A DNA stretch of 20,000 bases from an uncultured virus (IMG/VR IMGVR_UViG_3300010938_000024) (IMGVR_UViG_3300010938_000024), one strand, 5' to 3'; positions 9,401 through 17,064 are shown, counted from the stretch's first letter. Numbers and translations: made by a program. Notes: a model not told the origin generated them from the letters alone.

Positions 9401-10160
9401 CCTGTAAATCATAAGAATATAGAACTAATTGATTGCTAGAATTAATTTGTGTCCAGATGATTTTATTATCTCCAAAACCTTCTACAAATTTTGATTTATT
9501 TGCAGGAGAAGAAAAAATAAATAATGTTTTATCGGCAGTTTCTAATTTAGAACCACTGTATTCCTGTTTAATTTTATTATTAAATAAATGTAAAATACCA
9601 CTTCTGGATAAAGAATTATTTGATGCTATTAAAGTAAAATATTTTCTTGCCGAAATAGTTGAATCAGGAACTGTAAATTCTTTTCCCCCTGCTGATTTTC
9701 CCTTAATATCTGAAAAAGAAATATTATTTAAAGCAGAATCATATGTAATTTCCCCATCTGAAATACCAGGATTTAGTCCATCTAAAGAAGTAATAGCATC
9801 CTCTAATTCTTCTTTTGATATTAAATCCGGATATTCAAAATCTTTACCATTAAAATATGCAATTACTGTGTCTATATCTGTAATAGATTCTTTTATAGTC
9901 ACTACAGGAGCTATATAAGGCAAAGAACTATCTATACTCCCTACTATATAATAAGTTGAATAAGTTGGTATGGCAAGAGTCATTTCATCCATCTCTGCCA
10001 TAATACCATTTGACATAAATTTAAAAGGACTTAATCTAATATAACCAGACTCTAAAAAAATAACAGGTTTTTCTAATAAACCTTTTGTATTTAATATATA
10101 TTGAATCTCATTAAGGGATTCAGCATTAAAAGAAGAATTACTTTGTAGTATTTTTCTCAT
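6438..10160 (-). CDS. Large tail fibre/tailspike protein (1240 aa) with right-handed beta-helix regions
   Basis: About 10-aa fibre repeats (NSITTVEIA NSAVTLEKLA PNSVDSSKIV DGSIQNNDIA) and C-terminal pectin-lyase-like repeats (YNVIDHCYI, YNRILNSYI, YNIIKNCFI, YNIIEGNTI, YNKVINNNC). Confidence 0.7.
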   Translation of the reverse strand: MRKILQSNSSFNAESLNEIQYILNTKGLLEKPVIFLESGYIRLSPFKFMSNGIMAEMDEMTLAIPTYSTYYIVGSIDSSLPYIAPVVTIKESITDIDTVIAYFNGKDFEYPDLISKEELEDAITSLDGLNPGISDGEITYDSALNNISFSDIKGKSAGGKEFTVPDSTISARKYFTLIASNNSLSRSGILHLFNNKIKQEYSGSKLETADKTLFIFSSPANKSKFVEGFGDNKIIWTQINSSNQLVLYSYDLQADTPTIIGVGSSVTNYDVAKKDDQLIFIYISGGMVYLAIYDTNLNLIALKNLTSILSLPLPATLVNIKQRKDYLFEIYVYFNTTNYPLYCILMDTTSPSNIIYQVKYTNTNLSNVTKLESECFLTKNKSKILLLTSDNILYRYVYNHLGYNFTSLSSFNNISDAYILKDSIDREIIALLRNTSSKHQIVIYKAQKIIKYYDIPLTVSSFFASVLITDLYFGYTDGTNYYIIRFDGKRIETNSYPGASLSRLDVVHGLLGVTLISGGNTYARLFPTGLRFPEDDKLNIFGLIYQNSTKNFYNNGINTTPRVLKKKFVKSDTNLTAGSNVYNLNILNLNKIVEKILDNVSPTDTTTITLKITSPIVIVSGLYENISLVSKLNIQGTLYLHDLTGAEVSLFGGTGITVTRISSNTFKSTTKLKYKLKLYDLLTDGTNKIKVIEILDDYTFKTDIDTTVTNLTILPDVILDNLIVKRILDNGVIINPPCNNLIIKNCKLFGKIKIGNSTDIYGNCYIEKSEIEDLKVSVNTITIKDSKFKLDSDTPAGYVFETFSKMVLDNNDIKLVNNTTYPFYNHGNLAVIENNNFYEVLSARLFYGSNVINYVFRNNKGISIGDVSVLNSINLDQCTLESPGIASINLFPNSITTVEIANSAVTLEKLAPNSVDSSKIVDGSIQNNDIADFTILSRKINRNSGFVTVGDSAYGDQYTGINGLINAFNDGYSLILLRGGITYDGPSETPGFNERCIIIGFPFAGSYPVIQGTLYLNDYCHLENIVTGGNVKIKNGKNLCYLKNVYIYADNTSFALDIEGSYNVIDHCYITNRSGPAVLIPPGGGNYNRILNSYIATWNPLAGGYNNNHTIHISRAYNIIKNCFIARDAVGIKDIALIYIYGSAGNYNIIEGNTIYPYNFATAGAGINNYIRIGDGSNTPYYNKVINNNCLVTVNPSNLNYGVYVNPQYYTFIMGNRFELANAVSNLTNPYNSLVGFNIL

Positions 10161-11095
10161 GTTCTAACAAAAAGAATTCCTTTACTGATATATGTATAAA
10201 AATCATAAGAAGTTCCATTCCATTTAACAAATACACCTTTTCCAGTATTTCCAGGTATCCAATTCTGGTTGATTGCAGTAAAATTTATTTGAGTTCTAGA
10301 AACAGAAGGAACCATTACTTGATTGTCTGCTTTTATCCAAACATATGGATCAGTAGGAACAGATTTATGTACTTTAATAAATAAATCCAATTTCTTAGGA
10401 TAAGTTCCAGGTCCTGATGAAGTAATCCATTGATTTTCTAAATAATCACTACTGCTTAAATCTATTGCTGTATCAAATACCTGTATTAATTCTCTATTTA
10501 TAAAATAGGGATAAAAATTACCAGATATTACTTCTCCTATCGGTATTTGATATATAGAACCTACTTTACCAAATTGATCTGCTGATATAAAAGGATCCCA
10601 AGAACCACTTATTGATATACTAGTTAATTGTACTGGATTAGTTGTAGCAGAAGGATCAAATTGCAAAACTATAATTCTATCTGATCCTGCTACTGCTAAA
10701 GAAAGTAAAGAATCAATTCTTATTATTTTTTTACTAAAATTACAAATAATCCCATTCACCTCTATATTCCCCGCATTCACTCCAAATATGGCTCCTGAAG
10801 GAACTTCACAAATACAATCTCTATTATACCCAGCTATTAAAGCAATTGCTTCTGCCAAGTCAGATAGAGTTGTAAAACCAGCTGCACTGGATATTGCAGT
10901 TTGCAAGGAACCTATATTATTATCTATAGATGCAATTTTATCTTGAAGAACTGCAAATCCACTTCTAGATTGAATTATTTCATTTAAATAATTATCTAAT
11001 AAATTCCAGTTATCATTAAGCAAACTTCCCCATGTATCTTCATCTGAATCTATATCTGGAACATTTAAACCTGCATAAATTGTTTTAGTAGCCAT
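10157..11095 (-). CDS. Putative tail fibre protein (312 aa)
   Basis: N-terminus GLNVPDIDSDEDTWGSLLNDNWNLLD is the common fibre-attachment motif, followed by a coiled segment. AGGAGGT SD. Confidence 0.65.
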   Translation of the reverse strand: MATKTIYAGLNVPDIDSDEDTWGSLLNDNWNLLDNYLNEIIQSRSGFAVLQDKIASIDNNIGSLQTAISSAAGFTTLSDLAEAIALIAGYNRDCICEVPSGAIFGVNAGNIEVNGIICNFSKKIIRIDSLLSLAVAGSDRIIVLQFDPSATTNPVQLTSISISGSWDPFISADQFGKVGSIYQIPIGEVISGNFYPYFINRELIQVFDTAIDLSSSDYLENQWITSSGPGTYPKKLDLFIKVHKSVPTDPYVWIKADNQVMVPSVSRTQINFTAINQNWIPGNTGKGVFVKWNGTSYDFYTYISKGILFVRT

Positions 11096-11108
11096 TAAAT
11101 TTTACCTC

Positions 11109-11690
11109 CTAAAAAGGTGAATATAATCTTCTGGTTATTGTTATATTTATATCTTCTTGATAATTAAGTGCTTCATCTGGATAATGTAATTTAAGATAAG
11201 CATGTAAAATAGGAGCCGGTGAATCCGCAAGAACTAAATCACATATATCAGTTCCTTCATTGTGCGAATTTACTAAAGTTCTGTATTGTGAATAAAATCC
11301 AATTTCATTTATTAAATAGGGAGGAGGAGGAGAACTTCTCTGCCCTAAATGAACATTTGTAAATGTTTTTGTGATTTCAATCCAAGCATTAACACTATCC
11401 TGACCAAATACAACATCTGTTTGATTTATTTTAGCCCAAAATAGAGGATTTACCAATCCAGCAATTGTTTTATCATAAGGGTTATTATTTTTTTCTGTTC
11501 CAATTAAAACTAAAGAAATAGGAGGATTAGCTTCTGTCTCTCCAGGCGGAGGAGTTTCTCCTGTAATTTTATCAGTTAGTCTTTTAACTCTATTAATTGT
11601 TCCATTTATTGTAATTAAATTATTATACTTTCTCTCAAAAAGTAAAATATTATTTTTATGAACCCGTATTATTATTTCACCACGATCCAT
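11109..11690 (-). CDS. Putative baseplate/tail-collar fibre-anchor protein (193 aa)
   Basis: RGEIIIRV...NNLITINGT...LIGT...INEIGFY...LHAY resembles tail-collar (DUF3751-like) proteins. It sits between the baseplate and fibre genes. Confidence 0.55.
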   Translation of the reverse strand: MDRGEIIIRVHKNNILLFERKYNNLITINGTINRVKRLTDKITGETPPPGETEANPPISLVLIGTEKNNNPYDKTIAGLVNPLFWAKINQTDVVFGQDSVNAWIEITKTFTNVHLGQRSSPPPPYLINEIGFYSQYRTLVNSHNEGTDICDLVLADSPAPILHAYLKLHYPDEALNYQEDINITITRRLYSPF

Positions 11691-11697
11691 TAAATTA

Positions 11698-11727
11698 ATT
11701 TTACCATATTTATAAATTTATTGTCAA
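11698..11727 (-). promoter_or_regulatory. Sigma70-type promoter, predicted leaderless transcript
   Basis: TTGACA (11727-11722), 18 bp, TGgTAAAAT (-10 at 11703-11698), 7 nt, ATG (11690). No SD. Confidence 0.7.
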
Positions 11728-13088
11728 ATTCCATCCCATTCATAATACGATTCTCCTCCAAATATTTCATACATAGGATGAAAATTAAGTGTTATTGAAC
11801 CAAATAAATGCTGACTAAGGGGTCCATCTTCCGTATCATAAAATTCAAAACTGTCCTGCATATATTTAACAAATCTCCAGATTAAATACGAATAAATAGG
11901 TTTTATCTTGTTCATTAAATCTATATCATAATAATCAAGTGCAATTTTATATATGCTATTTACTATAATCCTAAAATTATATTTCATAATTTTTTCTTTT
12001 GAAGGAAAAACTTCTATTGAAGTTTCTCCTAAATCTACATTTCCATCTAATACATAACAAGGAACTCTAAAAATATTATTCCCAAATGAAACATCCTTGT
12101 TCTCAATATCCAAAACAGTATTTATAAATTGCTTGTTATTTACAGTATTTATAATATGTTCTCCTATCTCTATTTTCACATCAGTATATAAATACTTAGG
12201 TTCTACTATTCTACCTTTACCTGTTCTGTAATATCCTAATTTCTTCATATCATCAAAATCTATATATAATTTATAATCTTGATTTATTAATACATCTGTT
12301 GTAAAAATAGCCATTGTTAGAGGCTGAAACCTTTTTACATTGTCCCCTTCTAAAAGATATAAATAATTCTCAAATCCACTCAAATTATATTCGTTGTTAT
12401 TTATTTTAATATAATTTGTTCCTACTTCTGTAACAACACCATCTTCATAAGAAATAGGAAATTTCATAAGAATATTCATTGCAATCCAAATATTATATAC
12501 ATTCTTTCTATTAAATAATGTGTACCATAAACCAGAGGCTCTATTTAAATAATCATCTGAATCTTCTGATTTTGGCAATTCTACTAATGACCCTATAGTA
12601 TCAAATATTTTATATTCTTGAACTCTATAAAAACTTGTATATATAAATTTAATATTATCAGGAGGTTCTCCTATTATAGATTTTTTAATTGCTAATTCAG
12701 AATTTGTATCAGTTCTATTATTTACAAAAAAATTAAATTTACCAAATTCATCTTTTTCTGGAATTTCAATAGAATTCTCTAAAATTGATTTGTAAAGAGA
12801 ATATACTTTATACAAAGGAAATGGAATATTATAAACATAATAATCTATTGAATCTACAGTAATTGTTGCCTTTATAACAGACAAATCAAATACATTCCAA
12901 CCTCGCATTGTGCCTGGAACAATATTAAAAATACGAGGTGCATAAAACAACTCAGTATATACAGAATCTATATGAGAATAAGACAAATCAATTGCTTTTA
13001 TTACTGATGCTAAAAGATCCCTATTTTTAACAGAAGCAAAATATTTTCCTAATCCAGATAGAAATTCTTTATATTGTTCTTCAGGCAT
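11724..13088 (-). CDS. Putative baseplate wedge protein (454 aa)
   Basis: IGSLVELPKSEDSDDYLNRASGLW resembles the G.l..l.r..E.D..Y..R motif of gpI-like wedge proteins, and there is a C-terminal MNKIKPIYS (KP motif). Context supports it. Confidence 0.5.
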   Translation of the reverse strand: MPEEQYKEFLSGLGKYFASVKNRDLLASVIKAIDLSYSHIDSVYTELFYAPRIFNIVPGTMRGWNVFDLSVIKATITVDSIDYYVYNIPFPLYKVYSLYKSILENSIEIPEKDEFGKFNFFVNNRTDTNSELAIKKSIIGEPPDNIKFIYTSFYRVQEYKIFDTIGSLVELPKSEDSDDYLNRASGLWYTLFNRKNVYNIWIAMNILMKFPISYEDGVVTEVGTNYIKINNNEYNLSGFENYLYLLEGDNVKRFQPLTMAIFTTDVLINQDYKLYIDFDDMKKLGYYRTGKGRIVEPKYLYTDVKIEIGEHIINTVNNKQFINTVLDIENKDVSFGNNIFRVPCYVLDGNVDLGETSIEVFPSKEKIMKYNFRIIVNSIYKIALDYYDIDLMNKIKPIYSYLIWRFVKYMQDSFEFYDTEDGPLSQHLFGSITLNFHPMYEIFGGESYYEWDGI

Positions 13089-13095
13089 TAGAAAA

Positions 13096-13125
13096 ATAAT
13101 AGCACAAAAATTATTTAAATTTCAA
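13096..13125 (-). promoter_or_regulatory. Sigma70-type promoter, predicted leaderless transcript
   Basis: TTGAAA (13125-13120), 18 bp, TGcTATTAT (-10 at 13101-13096), 7 nt, ATG (13088). No SD. A/T tract upstream resembles an UP element. Confidence 0.6.
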
Positions 13126-13148
13126 CAAAAAAAAATATTTTTTAAAAT

Positions 13149-13180
13149 TCCCCCCAGGGATTTGAACCCTGGGAGGGGGA
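13149..13180 (-). terminator. GC-rich hairpin ending the accessory cassette (probable terminator or processing site) with a tRNA-type T-loop
   Basis: Minus strand TCCCCCT-CCCAGGG-TTCAAAT-CCCTGGG-GGGA then ATTTT, 45 nt after the DUF3150-like stop codon. Confidence 0.55.
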
Positions 13181-13225
13181 TATAAAAGGGGGTGATTCTT
13201 CTTTCATATTTCTTATAGCAAAATT

Positions 13226-14095
13226 TTATTCCAATTTTACAATCTTCTTATCCCCTAAATTTTCAAATATATCAGATAAAGATCTACTTATTTTCTCAGC
13301 TTCTTTTTTAATTCCTGGAGTTATTTCTCCAGCAATTAACTTTTTTATAGATTCAACAGCTTCTTCTACAGGTTCATATTTTACAAAATTCAAAGATTGA
13401 ACTCTGTTTAACATTTTAGTAATACTCTCTTTTCTAGATTCCGTTATAGGCTTTCCTTCGGCTGAAGTTTTAATTCTATCACAACATTCTACTATAGTTT
13501 TATATAAATCCTCTAAAGCTACATTCACTACTTTATTAACTTCTAAACTTGCTTTATTAACAAAATCTTCTAAATTTTTATGCTTTGCAAGTAAAATATC
13601 CTTGCTATCTTTTAAACTGGTTACTAAATAATCAAAATAGAATTTACTTAAAATCTTTTCTTTACTGGGATATAGTTTTTCTATTTTCTCTAATAATTTC
13701 AAATCATAATCATGTTTTTCAAAAAACTTTTTATATTGTGCTAAAGCTTTCTTTTTAAGATTATTATAAGAATTAACAAATTCTTCAGCCTTCTTCATAT
13801 ATACAGACTCACCCTCTTTAAAAAATTCAGATATTTTTTCTAATTGGTCTAAAGGAATTATTCTGGCAGAACCTATTGGAAAAGGAAGAGTTAAATCATA
13901 AAATATAGATCTATAATGAGAAGATAATTTATAAAATTCATTAATCTTCTCTGCATCAATCAAATACTTACTGCCTAACATATAAAAATCAGGAATATCT
14001 TTTTTAGAAAGTTTCAAATCATCTGGATCTAAACGGGATTTTCCCGTCCAGAAACCAATAGATAATCCAACCAATAAAATATCATCATATATCAT
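13226..14095 (-). CDS. DUF3150-like protein (289 aa)
   Basis: LSIGFWTGKSRLDPDDL...LGSKYLID...TLPF...IIP...FVNSY...YPS.E.I..KF follows the DUF3150 pattern. Start revised to the ATG at 14095 after AAGGAGGT. Confidence 0.75.
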   Translation of the reverse strand: MIYDDILLVGLSIGFWTGKSRLDPDDLKLSKKDIPDFYMLGSKYLIDAEKINEFYKLSSHYRSIFYDLTLPFPIGSARIIPLDQLEKISEFFKEGESVYMKKAEEFVNSYNNLKKKALAQYKKFFEKHDYDLKLLEKIEKLYPSKEKILSKFYFDYLVTSLKDSKDILLAKHKNLEDFVNKASLEVNKVVNVALEDLYKTIVECCDRIKTSAEGKPITESRKESITKMLNRVQSLNFVKYEPVEEAVESIKKLIAGEITPGIKKEAEKISRSLSDIFENLGDKKIVKLE

Positions 14096-14111
14096 TCCAA
14101 AACCTCCTTCT

Positions 14112-14255
14112 TTACCCACAAAAACAATCTTTACAATTATCCTTATTTAAAGGACAACATAAATCCAAATTTATTTTTTTCAAATATTTGCAATTACATA
14201 TAATTCTGCCTTTTCTAATAGATATTTTAAATTTAATCTTTTTTAATTCCAACAT
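14112..14255 (-). CDS. Cys-rich microprotein (47 aa, 7 Cys)
   Basis: Not in the track. MLELKKIKFKISIRKGRIICNCKYLKKINLDLCCPLNKDNCKDCFCG has a GAGG SD and fills the gap up to the SD of the next gene. Confidence 0.6.
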   Translation of the reverse strand: MLELKKIKFKISIRKGRIICNCKYLKKINLDLCCPLNKDNCKDCFCG

Positions 14256-14424
14256 GAACTTTTTCCTCAATAGGTTCTACATAATATTCCTGTTTTTTTT
14301 TACAGGATAAAACATTAAAATTATTTTTAATCCAGTCATTTATACTATGTGTTTCACATACAGAACCCGTTCCCTGCATATCTATTGTTATTTTCCCTTT
14401 TCTTATTTTAAATTTAATTTTCAT
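14233..14424 (-). CDS. DUF2997-like small protein (63 aa)
   Basis: IKFKIRKGKITIDMQGTGSVC...NV...EYY matches the DUF2997 pattern (I.F.I..G.v..G.G..C...V...EYY). Canonical neighbour of DUF1257. Confidence 0.7.
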   Translation of the reverse strand: MKIKFKIRKGKITIDMQGTGSVCETHSINDWIKNNFNVLSCKKKQEYYVEPIEEKVHVGIKKD

Positions 14425-14719
14425 CTGCTACTTCCACCTCTATATCAATTCCATCCTGCACATCTTCTATAGATAATACATTTCCACCATATAAAGAAAC
14501 ATTATATAAAACTTCTTCTTTTAAATACTCATTTAATAATTTATCTACTTTATATTGATACATATTATCATAAATAATTTTATCTTTTTTAATAGTAATT
14601 ATCCCTCCTCCCTTTAATAAAATATTATTATCCTTTCTAATACAACCTAATCTTGCAATAACCTTATCTAATAAAATTTCATTGGTTAATTTAGCTTCTA
14701 CTTCAATTACTTGACTCAT
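14414..14719 (-). CDS. DUF1257/Ycf35-like protein (101 aa)
   Basis: Start revised to the ATG at 14719 (AGGAG SD). MSQVIEVEAKLTNEILLDKVIARLG...KLLNEY...G.NV...QDGIDIEV matches DUF1257. It follows the Ycf46-type ATPase. Confidence 0.7.
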   Translation of the reverse strand: MSQVIEVEAKLTNEILLDKVIARLGCIRKDNNILLKGGGIITIKKDKIIYDNMYQYKVDKLLNEYLKEEVLYNVSLYGGNVLSIEDVQDGIDIEVEVADEN

Positions 14720-16199
14720 CTTTAATTCTCCTGATTTTCTTGGTTTCCGAAGATCTATTTGATACATAAACAGCAAATTTATCAGCCCACTGTGCAATCT
14801 TATCTACATTTGAATTATACACAATAGGCTTTATTTTTTTTAATTCATTTAATAACATAGTCGTAGTTACAGGACTTTCTATGAAAAATGATTCTGTTAA
14901 TGCATTCTTAATTGCTGTTTCAATTTCAGCTCCCGTAAAATTAAAAGAAGCTTCTAATAAAGTATCCATTTCAAAATCATCTACATTTAATTTCCTTGAT
15001 TTTAAATGAATTTCAAATATTTCTTTTCTTTCTGATCTGTCAGGAACCGGTATATAAAATATCTCATCAAATCTTTCTTTTCTCAAAAACTCTACAGGCA
15101 AATCCAGAGAATTTGCAGTTGCTACTACAAAAACTCCCTCTGTTCTTTCCTGCATCCATGTAAGAAATATATTAACTACTCTTGCAGTAGTTCCTGCATC
15201 AGATCTCCCAGAAGATTCAACACCAGAAAATGCCTTTTCTATTTCATCTATCCATAAAACAATAGGACTCATTTCTGAAATCTGAGATAACATAGAGGTA
15301 ATATTACTTTCAGAAGCACCTACTAAAGACCCAAATATCTTAGATAAATCCATCCTAACTACAGGCATCCCTAAAAGACCACCAACAGATTTAGAAACTA
15401 ACGATTTCCCAGTTCCTGGAACTCCTAATAATAAAATCCCTTTTGGATATTCTAAACACATATTCTTTGCTTTAGTATAATTGTCTATTATCTTTTTTCT
15501 CTTTATAAGCCAGTCTTTTAAAACAGGCATACCCCCCACCATGTCAAAAGAAGGAGGATTAAATATAACTTCTAATCCTGCCTTCTTTAAAATATTCCTT
15601 TTCCCATCTAATAAATTATTCAAAAACATCTCTTTATTCTGAGAAATTGCACTTGCTATACTTACTATATTTATCAATTCTAATGTAGATAAACCTTTTA
15701 AATAATAAGTTACTTTATCTACAACTTCATCCTCTAATAAATATTTATCTACACTAGCATCCAAACTCTTCTCTACTAATTTTAAATATCTTTCTTTAAT
15801 TTGCTCTTTAGATAAAGGATCCCAATCTACTACTAATGCAAATTTATCAATATCATGAGGAAGATTTCCAAACCCTCCAGCTATTATAATTCTAGCTGCA
15901 TTTTCCTCTGCTAATTCTCTTACTAAATGAACTACTGCTGGTAAAGTTCTAATATTTAAATATTGATAAAATCCAGTAAATATCGTTGGAATTTTATCTG
16001 ACGCACAAGTTTTTAATGCCTGTATAGGATCTATCTTTCCATCATTGTTAAATCCACCATAAGGGGTCCATACCCTGCAAGATTTCTTATGATATTTATT
16101 ATATAAAAACTTAACCTCTTCAACCATATCAGATACCGCATATCCTCTAATCCAAACTAATGAAGGATCTGTTATTATAACTCTTTGTAAAGTAATCAT
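14703..16199 (-). CDS. Ycf46-type AAA+ ATPase (498 aa)
   Basis: VGGMPVLKDWL, PKGILLLGVPGTGKS (Walker A), SLVGASE, LWIDEIEKAF (Walker B), DAGTTARV, FLTWMQE, VATAN, RKERFDEIF, FTGAEIE; degenerate N-terminal domain. Start revised to the ATG at 16199 after AAGGAGG. Confidence 0.9.
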   Translation of the reverse strand: MITLQRVIITDPSLVWIRGYAVSDMVEEVKFLYNKYHKKSCRVWTPYGGFNNDGKIDPIQALKTCASDKIPTIFTGFYQYLNIRTLPAVVHLVRELAEENAARIIIAGGFGNLPHDIDKFALVVDWDPLSKEQIKERYLKLVEKSLDASVDKYLLEDEVVDKVTYYLKGLSTLELINIVSIASAISQNKEMFLNNLLDGKRNILKKAGLEVIFNPPSFDMVGGMPVLKDWLIKRKKIIDNYTKAKNMCLEYPKGILLLGVPGTGKSLVSKSVGGLLGMPVVRMDLSKIFGSLVGASESNITSMLSQISEMSPIVLWIDEIEKAFSGVESSGRSDAGTTARVVNIFLTWMQERTEGVFVVATANSLDLPVEFLRKERFDEIFYIPVPDRSERKEIFEIHLKSRKLNVDDFEMDTLLEASFNFTGAEIETAIKNALTESFFIESPVTTTMLLNELKKIKPIVYNSNVDKIAQWADKFAVYVSNRSSETKKIRRIKDESSN

Positions 16200-16209
16200 T
16201 TTTCCTCCT

Positions 16210-16641
16210 TTAAATTTGGTCAACCAATCTTTCGGTTTCTTTAATTACTTCAGGAACTGTCCAATAGTGGTCTTCACTTCCAGAATTTTTCCATAAATTT
16301 ATAAAATCCGCTTCCTCCATTCCATTTATTATCTTTTTTAAGTTGCTAGGTTTATATCTAAATGATAATACACTAGCTGGATCAAAATCTCCAAAATGAG
16401 CGCAATCAAATCCTATAACCCAATATTTTTTATCTTCTGAATAATCAGAATAAGTAATCCCACCATGAACATCCAAATCTTCTAATTCTTCACAGAAATA
16501 TTCTTTCTCAAATAACCTATGGTTTTTTGGCAATAATACATATCCGCATAAATGACCTAAGTATCTAATTCTAACTACACGACATATAAATCCTTTGTAT
16601 ATCCATTCCTTTACAATTTTATTATTCTTCATAGTTTTCAT
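16210..16641 (-). CDS. Conserved phage protein with GHLCGYV / VHGGITY / GFDCAH motifs (putative metal-binding)
   Basis: The motifs are visible in the translation. I recognise this as a widespread phage family of unknown function. ATGA-coupled to the upstream gene. Confidence 0.7.
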   Translation of the reverse strand: MKTMKNNKIVKEWIYKGFICRVVRIRYLGHLCGYVLLPKNHRLFEKEYFCEELEDLDVHGGITYSDYSEDKKYWVIGFDCAHFGDFDPASVLSFRYKPSNLKKIINGMEEADFINLWKNSGSEDHYWTVPEVIKETERLVDQI

Positions 16642-16991
16642 TTTTTTCTCCTTAAATTTTTAAAATCTATAAATATATTATTAATTCTCATAAATTTATC
16701 AAATTTATATTTTCTGCCTTTATTTTCTACATCATAATCTCCTTCTTTAATTAAATCCATTTTAGCATATAAAGGCTTTATTCCTAATTCTACTACTTTA
16801 GATATAACACTTAAAGGTGCTACAATCACCATCTCATCAAATTTATTTTTTCTAAAATAATTTACTATTTCCTCAGCATTATCAAAAGCATTTTCATAAT
16901 ATTTTATTTCTATTTCTCCAAATACAGATACTAAATCCTTCTTTTGAACTTCCAAAGCTTTATGTCTGGAAACCCATAGTATTTTTGTCAA
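16638..16991 (-). CDS. Small Rossmann-like protein resembling the Csx15/Csx16/Csx20 CRISPR-associated proteins (117 aa)
   Basis: TTG start after AAAGGAGGT. ILWVSRH...Q..DL...FG...VIVAPLSVISKVVELGIKPLYA...YKFDKFMRI. The CDS itself is well supported; the family call is tentative. Confidence 0.5.
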   Translation of the reverse strand: MTKILWVSRHKALEVQKKDLVSVFGEIEIKYYENAFDNAEEIVNYFRKNKFDEMVIVAPLSVISKVVELGIKPLYAKMDLIKEGDYDVENKGRKYKFDKFMRINNIFIDFKNLRRKK

Positions 16992-17040
16992 ATTTTGACC
17001 TCCTTTGGTAATAAAAATTTATTTTTTTTAATAAATTTTC

Positions 17041-17064
17041 AAGGGGGGGGTTATTACCCCCCTT
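17041..17064. other. G/C-run hairpin between baseplate J and the accessory cassette
   Basis: AAGGGGGGGG-TTATTA-CCCCCCTT. There is no clear U-tract on either strand, so it may be a weak terminator or a stabilising stem. Confidence 0.5.

Noticed and set aside
1331..9918. Plus-strand ORFs 1331..1543, 5260..5520 and 9433..9918
   Set aside because: They lie opposite well-supported minus-strand genes, start at TTG without an SD and have antisense-type composition.
13149..13225. Complete tRNA gene
   Set aside because: Only a T-arm-like hairpin is present, with no D arm, anticodon arm, properly spaced acceptor stem or CCA.
16960..16991. TTGACA at the start codon of the 117-aa gene as a promoter
   Set aside because: No -10 element at 16-18 bp. 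The hexamer is simply the TTG-ACA codons.
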